Shown: positions 46,980 to 60,302 of the stretch, in pieces | How the letters are laid out: the number at the start of each line of letters is the position of its first letter | Position numbering within the stretch: position 1 is the first letter of the stretch | Assembly: GCF_006345805.1 (NCBI RefSeq) | Contig: NC_043001.1 | Location: 125,612,001-125,676,000, forward strand | Length of the DNA: 64,000 bases | Reading direction: 5' to 3' | Origin: Octopus sinensis | Lineage: Eukaryota | Translations under genes and position numbers: made by a program | Notes under the pieces: generated by a model | What the model saw: only the letters and a program-made list of their open reading frames with translations | What the model was told of the DNA's origin: nothing | The model's database searches: none

Positions 46980-47477
46980 TATTGAAATAATTTTCCATTT
47001 ATAATCTGATCTTGTAATTTATTTGTTCTAGAAAAATTGTAGGAAAATGTTACTGAGCTTTAAAGTTTAATCAATTTTACATAATCAGGAAATTTGGAAG
47101 CTGGCATTTTCTACATGATAGCTGTCTATCACAAAATGAAAGCAAAATCATTACAAGGAGGAATTTTTATTAAACAAATGAAAGCAAAGCATTACGTTGA
47201 CCAAATTTGTAAGAACTTCTGAAGTTTTAATAAGTTTTAATGAATAAAGTCATGTGAAATGGTCAAACAGACATGGAAATAATTTAAAAAGGAAAAAAAA
47301 ATCCTCAAAGAAGATTTTTTGCCAAAAATTACACAAACCTATTCTGATCAAAAGGTCCCTCTGTCAGGGAAGGCATGGTCTGGCATGGAATAAGCAAAAA
47401 TTTATATAAGATATTCTATTGTAAAAATTTCCCAGCAATGACAGGTTATTCAGTCAGTATATATATATATATTTATC

Positions 47478-47835
47478 TTTTATCTTTTACTTGCTTCTAT
47501 CATCAGACTGTGGCCCATGCTGGGGTATCGCCTTGAATTTAACCAGATGAATTGATCCCAGTACTTTTTTTTTATAAGCTTAGAGAACCAATAAGTTATG
47601 GGGATATAAACAGGCTGACACCAGTGTCGAGCAGTGGTGGGGGACAAACAAACATACACATATATATACATATAGACAGATCGCTTTAAGCTTCCATCTA
47701 CCAAATCCACTCACAAGGTTTTGGTCAGCCTGAGGCTAGAGCACAAGATACTTCCCCAAGGTGCTACATGATGGGACTGAACCCAGAACCATGTGGTAGG
47801 AAAGCAAACTTCTTACCACACAGCTATGCCTGCAC
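47478..47835 (-). mobile_element. SINE family A
   Basis: Reverse complement full copy. Confidence 0.85.
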
Positions 47836-48105
47836 TTACACACACAGACACACACAATATATATATATATATACATATATAAACTCATAAATGACAGAAA
47901 AGTAGTTTGATGAAATTTTATTTAACAATAAGAAAATCCAAATATCACAACAAATTGTTTCGTAACTTAAAAGCATGCGTGCATCATACTATATATTACG
48001 AGTACTATTGGATTACTTGAATCCATATATTGTGTCTTAAATGTATGTGTATGTGTGTGTGTTTGTGTGTGTGTAAATGTATATGTATGCATGTATGTAT
48101 GCAAT

Positions 48106-48330
48106 CATCATCATTTTATGCACACTTTTTATACTGGCATGGGTTGGACGGGTAATGATCACAATCCCAGCCAGATCTTATTGAGAGCTAAAGCTTTTAT
48201 GTATGGCTTGGAACACCACACCTTATTCATTCTTTCCACTTTTCACTCGGCTTCTATTGCTGAATACCCGTCTTATCACCAACTATTTTACAGAGTGTAC
48301 TGGTGTAGTTGATGCATTTTACTGTGGCAC
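48106..48330 (-). mobile_element. Family D retroposon, degenerate
   Basis: (CAT)n, GGCATGGGTTGGACGG. Confidence 0.6.
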
Positions 48331-49219
48331 CAGCATTGGAAGGGTTGTCATTTCATCATATATATATAATGTACATATATATACAGGTATATATGTATAT
48401 ATTTGGTCATTTGTTTTTGTCTGTTTTTCCATGCTCACATGGGTTGGATGAATGTGTTATAGCCGCATTGTTTTTATGACCAGATGCTCTTCCTGTCACA
48501 AACCCTTACCTTGGTTTTCTGGTAAAACATTTCTTTCATTTCGAACAAAGACACAATGTGAATGGATGATTTGTTCATTGTTCAGTTAACAACAGACACT
48601 CAGTGGTATTTTATCAATCAGAAATAAAGAAAAGTGCAAGCCCTGGTAGCAGCAGTGGTAGCAATGGCAGTGATGGTGGTGGTGGTAGTGATGGTGGTGA
48701 CAACAATAATTATTGAGGTGATGCTGATGTTTGAAATCATGATGATGTTTATCATGGTGGCACTTGTAGTTTTGATGGTGGTGGTGGTGGTGGTGATGTT
48801 GGAAGTTGTATTCATGTTGATGGTGTTGGTGAGGTAGACTGAAATTAAATTTTTCTCATACTTGCATATTTTATTAACTAACTGTTCTTTTACATATGTT
48901 TGTATTCATGTATCTGTGTGCCTGTATATATACATGCATACACATATATATATATATATGTATGTATGTATGACAAAAACAACATGACAAAATAAAATGG
49001 TCTTACATATATATGTACAAGAGTATATAGAATATATTATAAATATATTATAAATACACATTATACACACACACACACATATATATAGGCTACCATTATG
49101 GGTTATATAGGTCTATGAACTTTGAGTATTTGTAATAGATTGTTAAAATGTGCACTTGTTAAAATGAGCACTTGAGAGAATCTTCTCTTCATTCCACTCA
49201 GCCCTATGTAATAGGAGTA

Positions 49220-49240
49220 ATATATATATTTTTGTATATA

Positions 49241-49282
<42 letters not shown>

Positions 49283-49286
49283 TATA

Positions 49287-49376
<90 letters not shown>

Positions 49377-49650
49377 TCATATAAGCAATTATACAATAAT
49401 ACATATATATAAGTATATATACACATATATAGATATATATAGATATATATTTATATATGTATGTATGTATTTATATGTATATATATACATATATATGTGT
49501 GTTTGTATATATATATGCATATATATATATATATATTATATATATATATATAATATATATATATATATATACATATATATATAGGTGTATATATGTATGT
49601 ATATTCATATATGTATACATATATAGAATTATATATATATGTATATAATA

Positions 49651-49706
<56 letters not shown>

Positions 49707-49759
49707 GTATGCACACCACACGCTCACATATATGTACATATACATTAATGCATAAAAAC

Positions 49760-49791
<32 letters not shown>

Positions 49792-49817
49792 CATACATAC
49801 ATACATACATACATACA

Positions 49818-49850
<33 letters not shown>
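49220..49850. repeat. Very long compound (TA)n/(CATA)n microsatellite
   Basis: Direct inspection. Confidence 0.95.
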
Positions 49851-49853
<3 letters not shown>

Positions 49854-49854
49854 G

Positions 49855-50064
49855 CAGAGTAAGCACATAAATGCAAAACTAGGTGGAAAAAAATAGTACT
49901 TGAATACCAGTGGTAGAGTATATGATTTATTAAAAGCAGCAAAAATACCACAAAAACTGTTACTCAGTTTCATGTTCCCATTTGCATAAACAAAATGTTC
50001 AACAAAGGGAACATGCAACTCTGAGTAACAGGTTTTGTGATATTTTTGATGCTTTTTAATGAAG
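49855..50064. mobile_element. Fold-back element family P1, degenerate
   Basis: Arms 49926-50064 (AAAACTGTTACTCAG..CTCTGAGTAACAGGTTTT); flank matches 15619-15700. Confidence 0.75.
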
Positions 50065-50089
50065 TATATATATCTATATTTATATATAT

Positions 50090-50155
<66 letters not shown>

Positions 50156-50237
50156 TATAGATATATATACATGCATATATACATACATACATAAATATAT
50201 ACATACATAAATATATCTATTTATATTTTTATGTATA

Positions 50238-50281
<44 letters not shown>

Positions 50282-50303
50282 AGTGTGTGTGTGTGTGTGT
50301 GTG

Positions 50304-50334
<31 letters not shown>

Positions 50335-50660
50335 TGTGTGTGCGCACACACTTACCTCTTTCATTTTCATTAAAAAAAATTTTTTTTCCAGAAAGTAGAA
50401 GAATGCACACATGTAGATAGATTGTAGTAATGTACCCTTCGCTGGAACTTCAATGTTCCAGATTATAATTTCTGGCTTTTGGATTGAAATTTCTGGCTCT
50501 TGGATTAAACCAGGCATCTTTGCATTTTACCATCTGAAACAGAAATTTTTCAAAACAAAAATTAAGCAGATTCCTTTTAGCTTTTTCACATGAGCTAAAC
50601 CACATTCAGTAACAGCTACCAGCATTTACTACATTATTATATATATATTATTGGTTCAAG

Positions 50661-50885
50661 CTCAGGGTTATGGATTAAAGTTTAGGATTTGGGTTACAGT
50701 TGGTCTTTGGACTGAATTTTTGAGTTAGGGTTTGAAATTAAGATTCAAAGTTTATAGTTAAGATTGCATTTTGAGCTTATGGTTAAGGTTTAGGATTAAG
50801 ATTTAAGATTGGGATTTGGAGTTAAGGTTCAGAGTTACAGTATAAGATTAAAGTTTCCAATTAGATTAGCATTTAGGGTTAGACA
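50661..50885 (+). repeat. Degenerate TTAGGG/TTAAGG/TTAAGA hexamer-like tract
   Basis: Repeated GGGTTA, GTTAAGG, TTAGGATT, TTAAGATT units. Confidence 0.55.
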
Positions 50886-50889
50886 TTAA

Positions 50890-51110
50890 ACCTTTAGTGT
50901 TCACATTATTCTGCCAAAATTAATCCTTTTTTATCCACATTGTTTTGAACTAATCAGGCATTATCTTGTAGCTTTGAGATTTTGATGAGGTAGCTGTTCA
51001 TTTTTCAAACGATATTGTAGGGTTGGTGTGAGAGACTAGATCTTGCCAGTTTGAACATAAAACAAGCAGAATACTTTTGGCTGGATGTGGCCGGTTTAAA
51101 TGCTAAAGGG
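50890..51110 (+). mobile_element. piggyBac-like MITE family 1
   Basis: TTAA at 50886-50889 and 51111-51114; TIR ACCTTTAG / CTAAAGGG. Confidence 0.85.
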
Positions 51111-51549
51111 TTAAGGATTGGGATATCATGACTGGAAAGTTGTATCTGTGTTGAACTTAATTTGTGCATCTGCATGAATCATATTTTCAGAACATTCACA
51201 AAAAACATCAGACTATATGCCTTTTGTTTTTGTTTTTAGCTTGTTTTTTGTTTGTTTGTTTGTTTGTTTTTTAGATATGTATTTTAGGCTGTAAAGTATG
51301 AGATGTCCATTAAACCTTTAAAAAAAAAAAAATTACTGGATTAGAATCTTTGGTCTGTTAGTCCAGCACCTTTATTATTTTCTTGCAGCACCCCTTTAAT
51401 TGTTTCAGAGTATGTTGTTTAACAACATTTAAAAGGAAAAGAAAAAAAAAAAAAAGAATTAATTAAAACTTGTAACAGGAAAAAGAAAAAAAAAGTAACG
51501 ATAATAATAATAATAATGTGAACCCTTGAAAGAAAAAATGTGAAACATT

Positions 51550-51805
<256 letters not shown>

Positions 51806-52279
51806 GATTTTTTTTGTGTCTTTATGTTACTGTTGGTGGGCGCTATACACAGGAAGAGGTAGTATGAAGCTCCCGGTGAATCAAAATCTGCGACCCAGTT
51901 TCGTTTCTCCGATTCCCCGATTGTAGCTTTTCAACTTCACTCATGTTCGTGCTAATGCCATTGGGAAATGGCATGAACATCACAAACCCTGTTATCCACT
52001 CCTCCCTTTCCCCCCTGGTCCTCCTAAAATAAACAAAAAAAAACAACAACAACCAAAAAAATATCAATAGGGTTGATCACCCGCTGATGGATACTTCTGA
52101 TCACCGAAAGGTCAAGTAATTGACCATTTATTCGCACTAGTGCGTGGGATAGATAAGTACATATTATTTATCCCTTTTTTTGTTTTTTTTTAATTGTTAT
52201 TGTTAGCTTTCAAGTTTTTTGGAATATATCTGAATAAAAAAAAAAAATCCTTTGGATGAAATGTTTATTTGTTGTTATT

Positions 52280-52689
52280 CTTTTATTCTCTCTATTCTTT
52301 TACTTGTTTCAGTCATTTGACTGCGGCCATGCTGGAGCACCGCCTTTAGTCAAGCTAATCGACCCCAGGACTTATTCTTTGTAAGCCTAGTACTTATTCT
52401 ATCAGTGCCTTTCACCGAACCTCTAAGTTACGGGGACATAAACACACCACCATTGGTTGTCAAGCGATGTTGGAGGGGACAAACACAGACACACAAACAT
52501 ATACACACACATACATATATGTATACATATATACAGCAGGCTTCTTTCAGTTTCCCTCTACCAATCCACTCACAAGGCTTTGATCGGCCCGAGGCTATAA
52601 TAGAAGACACTTGCACAAGGTGCCACACAGTGGGACTGAACCCGGAACCATGTGGTTGGTAAGCAAGCTACTTACCACACAGCCACTCC
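52280..52689 (-). mobile_element. SINE family A, near consensus
   Basis: Reverse complement full copy. Confidence 0.9.
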
Positions 52690-53585
52690 TGTGCCTATAT
52701 TATTTACTTATTCATTCATTCATTTATTTATTTATTTTACTTTTTACCAATTTTAGTCATTATACTGTACCCTTTATGAACATGGCCATCCTGGCTGTTG
52801 TAGTCAATTTTATTAGTAAAAAAGAGAACCATTCTATGTGTGTGTATGTGTGTGTGGTGTGTGTGTGTACATATATACAGTCACTTCAAATAAATGTATA
52901 AAAAACGAAAAAAGGAAAACAACAAACATGAGGATGTGTACAAGAAGTGTATTAGCTTGACACTCAGTGAAAGGAGAGAGTTTAACATTTCAAACATAGC
53001 TCTTTGTCAGAAAGGAGAACGGATATCTTGATGGGGATGTTCCACCAGTATCCCTTGTGCTGGTATCTGCATATATATTCAGTAACAAGGGAATTCTCTA
53101 TATTTATTTCAAGACAGTCTTTTTTTTTGAAATGGCATTGTACATTATTTTTGTAACAATGTCATGTTGCAAAGGGAGGTAGTATTTGACGAGATTTTGG
53201 GGCAACTGCTAATCACGTACATATATATAAATATATATACACATATATAGATAGATAGATCGATATTTATGAAATATGACGTAAGCTACATTTACAGTTG
53301 CATCTTGGAAATGCAAGAGTTTCACTGCTTCTTTTGTTGTTTAAGTATTTAGTGGCAATCTCCTGGTCGGCTGGTTGGTTGGTTGGTTGGTTGGTATGTA
53401 TGTATGGCTGTGTATATGTATACGTATGTGTGTGTGTGTGTGTGTGTGTGATAACAACTGATAACTCTGTAAATAATAATATCTATAAGCTTTATGCCTA
53501 TAAGTAATCACTGTGTATTGACAAAAGAAAATAGTCAAGTATTGGGGTATATATAAGCCCTCAGTGGAAAAAGAGAGTTTTCCAT

Positions 53586-53656
53586 GCGCATGGGATGTGA
53601 ACCCACACCACTTATATTTGCAATAAGTGCGCTAGCCATTAAACCAACTTAAGAAC
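53586..53656 (-). pseudogene. tRNA-like relic (possible GCA/Cys anticodon) or head of a rare SINE
   Basis: T-arm GTGGG TTCACAT CCCAT, anticodon-like hairpin CACTTAT TGCAAAT ATAAGTG; acceptor stem does not pair. Confidence 0.45.
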
Positions 53657-53734
53657 TGTAATTTTAAAAATATCTATAACCTTTAAGCATATAGATATTA
53701 TTATTTACACACACACACACACACATATATATAT

Positions 53735-54035
53735 CACGTGATCACGTGACTGACCAGACCATCAGATGTTTTACTCTTCACTGGTCACAATGCGTTCGCA
53801 TTGTTTTAGCCTTCGAATGACACCACCCCACTGGCTAAGCGAGCAGGCCAACAGAAGAAAGAGTAGGAGAAAGAGTGGTGAAAGAGTACAGCAGGGATCA
53901 CCACCCCCTGCTGGAGCCTCGTGGAGCTTTTAGGTATTTTCGCTCAATAACACTCGCAACGCCTGGTCTGGGAATCGAAACCGCGATCCTACGACCGCGA
54001 GTCCGCTGCCCTAACCACTAGGCCATTGCACCTCC
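53735..54035 (-). mobile_element. SINE family B tail type 2, full length
   Basis: Homologous to 17103-17396. Confidence 0.9.
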
Positions 54036-54101
54036 ACACACACACATATATATATATATTATATATATACACACACCACACACACACCACACATATATAT
54101 A

Positions 54102-54147
<46 letters not shown>

Positions 54148-54592
54148 TAATAATTTTAAATTTGAGTATACACCTAGTAGTATGCCAAGAGACATCTGAC
54201 AAGGCACATCTGCACCTATGGTGCTCTGCATCTGTTTGTGCATCATCTCAACTATGAAGCGCCGGTGAATGATGGATCAAAATGATCATTATTGAATAAT
54301 AGTCTTGTGAATTCTATTTTCTTTCTCTACGTTATACATGTATGTGTGTATGTATGTATGTGTATGTGTGTTTATGTATGTGTGTGTATGTATGCATCTA
54401 TGCATATAAAGTCATAAATGATAGAAATAGTTTGATGAAATTTTATTTAACAATAAGACAATTCTAATATTACAATAGATTGTTTCATAACTTAAAAACA
54501 TAAACAATTTATATTATTATATTTGCAAAATGCAAATAGTCTTCCAAAATAATGTGCAATTTAAGCTAGATAGATAGACAGGTATACATGTA

Positions 54593-55532
54593 CCGTAAAT
54601 CCTCGAGTATAATCCGCATTTTTTTCCCAAAATTTAAAGGTCAAGATCCCTAGTGCATACTATATATGAGGTTAAAAATGAAAATTATTTTCTAAGCAAT
54701 GTTTGAGTCTCTGTTTGCTGTCCAGCAATGTTTATTCAGACGCATTTTGTGATGTCAGGCGCAAAAATACCTTAAGCTGAAAGTAATGAAATCATAAAAG
54801 AATCATCCATAACTTGCAGTAAGCAACATTTATTAAAATAAAAGTATTCAGAACACAGAATAACATGTAACAAAAACATATTTACATTCCCATATAACAG
54901 TTAAGAACATCACCATTATTGTATTATGCTTGTGCGAAAGTGTTTGTTCAACTAGGTGCTGCTGGCTTCATCACGCACAAATTGTGCTTAATAGCTTAGC
55001 GCTAAATAGTCCATCCTGCTGTTTGTATTGGCAGTTTGCATCATTACCGTGGCAAACAATAGATACTTAATTAAATGTTTGAACTACTGTGGGTCTTTAC
55101 TAGGGTTTTTTATAAGCAGGACTTAAACCTGTACATTAATCTCCAATAAAACATTTTATACATTACACGCCCATAAATTGCCTCGTAGATCTTATTCAGC
55201 TATGTTTAAACTTGAAATTATATCATATGCTGAAGAGTATGGTAACAGGGCCACCAGAAGGAAATTTGATGTTGACGAAAGCAATGTCAGGTTATGGAGA
55301 AGAAATAAAGATGAAATTAGATAGATGTCAAAGATAAAGAAGGCAAGAAGGCAATAATAAAGGACGTTACTATATACATTTTTACAAACCAAGGACGTTA
55401 TATAGACCTCCTTGATTCAAATTAGAGAAGGGGTGCGTATTATACACAAGGTTTAGGTTTTTCAGAGGTACAGCCCCCTAAAAATCCCCTGCGTATTATA
55501 CTCAAGGGCAGACTATACTCGAGGATTTACGG
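54593..55532 (+). mobile_element. pogo/Tc2-type DNA transposon deletion derivative (940 bp)
   Basis: TA flanks; ~25-bp TIR CCGTAAATCCTCGAGTATA(A/G)TC(C/T)GC; 55178-55321 translates LPRRSYSAMFKLEIISYAEEYGNRATRRKFDVDESNVRLWRRNK, a Brinker-type N-terminal DNA-binding domain, then a stop. Confidence 0.85.
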
Positions 55533-55761
55533 TATATATAATATATGTATGTCTATGTATATTTCAGTCTGTTTTTTGTTTTTCTCAACCTCTGCTTATC
55601 AAATTACTAAGTTTTACCTATTTTTGGTTTAAAGGGAGATAATTTGACAGCCCAGTATATGTACACATATGAACACAATATGGCCATATGTTTAAGCAGT
55701 TCACTTTGCAGTTACGAGGCCCTGGGTTCCATTTCACAGGACGGCATTTTGGACAAGTCAT

Positions 55762-56050
55762 TATCATCATCATCATCATCATCATCGTTTAACGTCTGCT
55801 TTCCATGCTAGCATGGTTTGGACGATTTGACTGAGGACTGGTGAACCAGATGGCTGCACCAGACTCCAATCTCATCTGGCAGAGTTTCTACAGCTGGATG
55901 TCCTTCCTAACGCCAACCACTCAAAGAGTGTAGTGGGTGCTTTTACATGCCACCAGCACGAGGGCCAGTCAGGCGGTAGTGGCAATGGCCATGCTCAAAT
56001 GGTGCTTTTTATGTGCCACCTGTGCAGGAGCCAGTCCAGTGGCACTGTGT
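55762..56050 (-). mobile_element. Family D retroposon, long copy
   Basis: (CAT)n CGTTTAACGTCTGCTTTCCATGCTAGCATGG..GGATGTCCTTCCTAACGCCAACC. Confidence 0.8.
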
Positions 56051-56348
56051 TTTACAATTGCATTGGGGGAGCCCAAGTCATGTGAGTGCAGCTGGATACA
56101 TAGAAACTGTGTTGATGGATTGTAGTTGTAATTGAAAGATGCTGCATTGTCACACACTGAGTCATACCAATTCTACCTAAGAATTATATTAAGGACATAC
56201 ATATGTCTCTGGAACACTTGAATACTCATCCACTTAGATGCTAATTCAATGAACAGGAAGCTCTGTTGATCAAACATCTGAATGCTCATCATCAAAACAG
56301 AGATCCATTTACTTAACTTATATCTATACACACACATATTCAGAAGTG

Positions 56349-56389
<41 letters not shown>

Positions 56390-56414
56390 ACACATGCCTG
56401 CACTTATATCCATG

Positions 56415-56572
56415 CAGGCTTCTTTCAGTTTCAGTCAGCCAAATTCACTCAGAAGAATTTGGTTTGCCTGAGGCTATGGAAGAATAGAAAACACTTGCCA
56501 AAGGCCCCTTGCACTAGGACTAAACTTGAAACCACATGCTTGTGAATCAAATTTCTTAACTACATAGCCATA
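56415..56572 (-). mobile_element. SINE family A 5' half, degenerate
   Basis: GGCTTCTTTCAGTTTC..AAACACTTGCC..AACCACATG. Confidence 0.65.
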
Positions 56573-57149
56573 TTAAAAAAAATGGTTCTGCTTTCCTTGG
56601 TGTAGTTGAAGAATCAGTTGATTTTGTTTCCAAAAGGTTATGAACAATGTTTTGTGTTTACATTATTAAATATTTTGGTTTATTTCTCCAATAATTTCTC
56701 AGGTTAGGTGTGTTAGCAATTTACTTTGGATACTTTGTTATTTTATTGTAATTACGTGGAGATAATTGCAATTGATGGTTCTTGGAGAAGGAAGAGGGTG
56801 GTGCTAGAGAGAAGTGGGGGTTTTGTGGAAAGATTACAGAAGGGAAATGAATAAATAAATAAATAAATAAATAGGACAAAAAGGAAAGCAAGAAACAATG
56901 TAAAAAAAAGAAAACAAAAAGGGGAAAAATATATATATAATGAAAGGAATGATGTGAAAAAACAAGAATGAAATAAAGAAAAGAAAAGAAATACAATAGG
57001 TAGAGGAACGAAAGAAAATAGAAAATTAGGGAAATAAATGAATTATAAAAATAAAAGCAAAAGTATAGAAAATTTAAGAGATGAAAGAGGAGAAAAGGGG
57101 AAAGGAATATAAATGTAATGAAAATATCTATAAAAAGAAGGAAAGAAAG

Positions 57150-60100
57150 AATGAACAGAATATAGAAGAGAAAGAAATATAGAAACTAACAGGAAAGGAA
57201 GAAGGAAAGAAGAAGAGAGGAGTGAAAGAGATATAGAAACATAATGGAAGGTGGGAAGGAAGGAAAGAAAGAATGAATGGAAGAGGATAGAAATGAAAGA
57301 AATATAGAAACTAATACAATGGAGGAAAGAAGGAAAGAAGAAGAGGGGAGTGAAACAGATATAGAAACATAATGGAAGGTGGGAATAAAGGAAGGCAGGA
57401 AGGAAGGAAGGAAGGAAGGAAAGAAAGAAAGAATGAATGGAAGAAGATAAAAATGAAAGAAATATAGAAACTAATACAATGGAGGAAAGAAGGAAAGAAG
57501 AAGAGGGGAGTGAAACAGATATACAAACATAATGGAAGGTGGGAATAAAGGAAGGCAGGAAGGAAGGAAGAAAGGAAGGAAAGAAAGAAAGAATGGAAGA
57601 GTATAGAAGTGAAAGAAATATAGGAACTAATACAATGAAGGAAATAAAATGAGAGGAGTGAAACAGATATAGAAAAGTAATGGAAGGAGGGAAGGAAGGA
57701 AGGAGGAGGAAGGAAATAAGAAAGAAAAAAGAAAGAAAAGAAGATGAAAAAAGACGATAGAAATTGAAAGAAATATAGAAACTAACGCAAAGAGAAGAAA
57801 GGAGCAAAAGATATAGAAACATAAGGAAGAATTGAAGGAAGGAAGGAAGGAAATAGGAGTGAAAGAATATAGAAAGTAACAGGAGGGAAGAAGGAAAGAA
57901 GAAGAGAGGAGTGAAAGAGATATAGAAACATAATGGAAGGAGGGAAGGAAGGAAGGAAGGAAAGCAGGAAAGAAGGAAGGAAAGAAAGAATGAATGGAAG
58001 AAGATAGAAATGAAAGAAATATAGAAACTAATACAATGGAGGAAAGAAGGAAAGAAGAAGAGGGGAGTGAAACAGATATACAAACATAATGGAAGGTGGG
58101 AATAAAGGAAGGAAGGAAGGAAGGAAAGAAAGAAAGAATGGAAGAGTATAGAAGTGAAAGAAATATAGAAACTAATACAATGAAGGAAAGAAGATGAGAG
58201 GAGTGAAACAGATATAGAAAAGTAATGGAAGGAGGGAAGGAAGGAAGGAAGGAAGGAAGGAAAGAAGAAAGAAAGAAAGAAAGAATGAAAAAAGAAGATA
58301 GAAGTGAAAGAAATATAGAAACTAACGCAAAGAAGAAGAAAGGAGCAAAAGAGATATAGAAACATAAAGGAAGAAGTGAAGGAAGGAAGGAAGGAAATAG
58401 GAGTGAAAGAAATATAGAAAGTAACAGGAAGGGAAGAAGGAAAGAAGAAGAGAGGAGTGAAAGAGATATAGAAACATAATGGAAGGAGGGAAGGAAGGAA
58501 GGAAGAAAGCAGAAGGAAGGAAGGAAGAAAGATGAATGGAAGAAGATAGAAATGAAAGAAATATAGAACTAATACCACGGAGGAAAGAAGGAAGAAGAAG
58601 AGGGGAGTGAAACAGATATACAACATAATGGAAGGTGGGAATAAGGAAGGAAGGAAGGAAGGAAGAAAGAAAGAATGGAAGAGTATAGAAGTGAAAGAAA
58701 TATAGAAACTAATACAATGAAGGAAAGAAGATGAGAGGAGTGAAACAGATATAGAAAAGTAATGGAAGGAGGGAAGGAAGGAAGGAAGGAAGGAAGGAAG
58801 GAAGGAAAGAAAGAAAGAAAGAAAAAAGAAGATAGAAGTGAAAGAAATATAGAAACTAACGCAAAGAAGGAAAGAAGAAGAAAGGAGCAAAAGAGATATA
58901 GAAACATAAAGGAAGAAGTGAAGGAAGGAAGGAAGGAAGGAAGGAAATAGGAGTGAAAGAAATATAGAAAGTAACAAGAAGAAAAGACAGAAAGAAGAAG
59001 TAAGGACGAAAAGAGATAGAAACTAATACAATAGAGGAAGAAGGGAGAAGAAGAGGGAGTGTGAAACAGATATAGAAACATAATGGAAGGTGGAATAAAG
59101 GAAGGCAGAATGAAGGAAGGAAGGAAGGAAAGAAAGAAAGAAAGAAAGAATGGAAGAAGATAGAATGAAAGAAATATAGAAACTATACAATAGAGGAAAG
59201 AAGAAAGAAGAAGAGGGAGTGAAACAAAAATAGAAACATAATGGAAGGTGGGAATAAAGGAAGGCAGGAAGGAGGAAGGAAGGAAGGAAGGAAAGAAGAA
59301 AGAAAGAAAGAATGGAAGAAGATAGAGATGAAAGAAATATAGAAACTAATACAATAGAGGAAAGAAGGAAAGAAGAAGAGGGGAGTGAAACAAAAATAGA
59401 AACATAATGGAAGGTGGGAATAAAGGAAGGCAGGAAGGAAGGAAGGAAGGAAGGAAGGAAAGAAAGAATGGAAGAGTATAGAAGTGAAAGAAATATAGAA
59501 ACTAATACAATGAAGGAAAGAAGATGAGAGGAGTGAAACAGATATAGAAAAGTAATGGAAGGAAGGAAGGAAGGAAGGAAGGAAGGAAGGAAGGAAGGAA
59601 GGAAGGAAGGAAGGAAGAAAGCAGGAAGGAAGGAAGGAATGAAAGAATGAATGGAAGAAGATAGAAATGAAAGAAATATAGAAACTAATACAATGAAGGA
59701 AAGAAGGAAAGAAGAAGAGGGAAGTGAAACAGATATAGAAACATAATGGAAGGTGGGAATAAAGGAAGGCAGGAAGGAAGGAAGGAAGGAAGGAAGGAAG
59801 AAAGGAAGGAAGGAAGGAAGGAAGGAAAGAAAGAAAGAAAGAAAAAAGAAGATAGAAGTGAAAGAAATATAGAAACTAACACAAAGAAGGAAAGAAGAAG
59901 AAAGGAACAAAAGAGATATAGAAACATAAAGGAAGAAGTGAAGGAAGGAAGGAAGGAAATAGGAGTGAAAGAAATATAGAAAGTAACAGGAAGAAAAGAC
60001 AGAAAGAAGAAGAAAGGAATGAAAGAGATATAGAAACATAATGGAAGGGGGGAAGAAAGAAAGGAAGGAAAAGTGGAAGGAATATAAAAGGAAGAATGAA
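57150..60100. repeat. Purine-rich complex satellite with ~540 bp higher-order repeat
   Basis: Anchor ATATAGAAA recurs every ~45-110 bp between (GGAA)n/(GAAA)n runs; the CTAACGCAAAG variant recurs at 57782, 58322, 58856. Confidence 0.9.
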
Positions 60101-60302
60101 AAAAGAATGAAAAGCAAAAGAAAGCAAGAGATAGAGAAGGAAAGAAAATGAAGAAATATATAAAGAGAAAAAGATTGAGGAAAAGAATGAGAAAACAAAT
60201 AAAAATGAAGAAAACTATGGGCAATGAAAAGAAGAACGAAAGAAAGGAAATGAGAGAGTGACTTAAATGAAGAAAAAGATGAGAGAATATTAGTGTTTCA
60301 TA

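Noticed and set aside
48618-48837. Poly-V/M and poly-T/I ORFs (also 61443-61665) as transmembrane or mucin-like proteins
   Set aside because: Degenerate (GTG/GAT/CAT)n trinucleotide mosaics.
57150-60100. Repeat-spacer pattern as a CRISPR array
   Set aside because: The intervening segments are themselves repetitive (GGAA)n variants, not unique spacers. The context is eukaryotic with no cas genes.
57043-60224. Long minus-strand ORFs (644, 391, 179, 170 aa)
   Set aside because: The minus strand is nearly all pyrimidine, so stops are rare by composition. The products are F/L/S/P repeats of the satellite.
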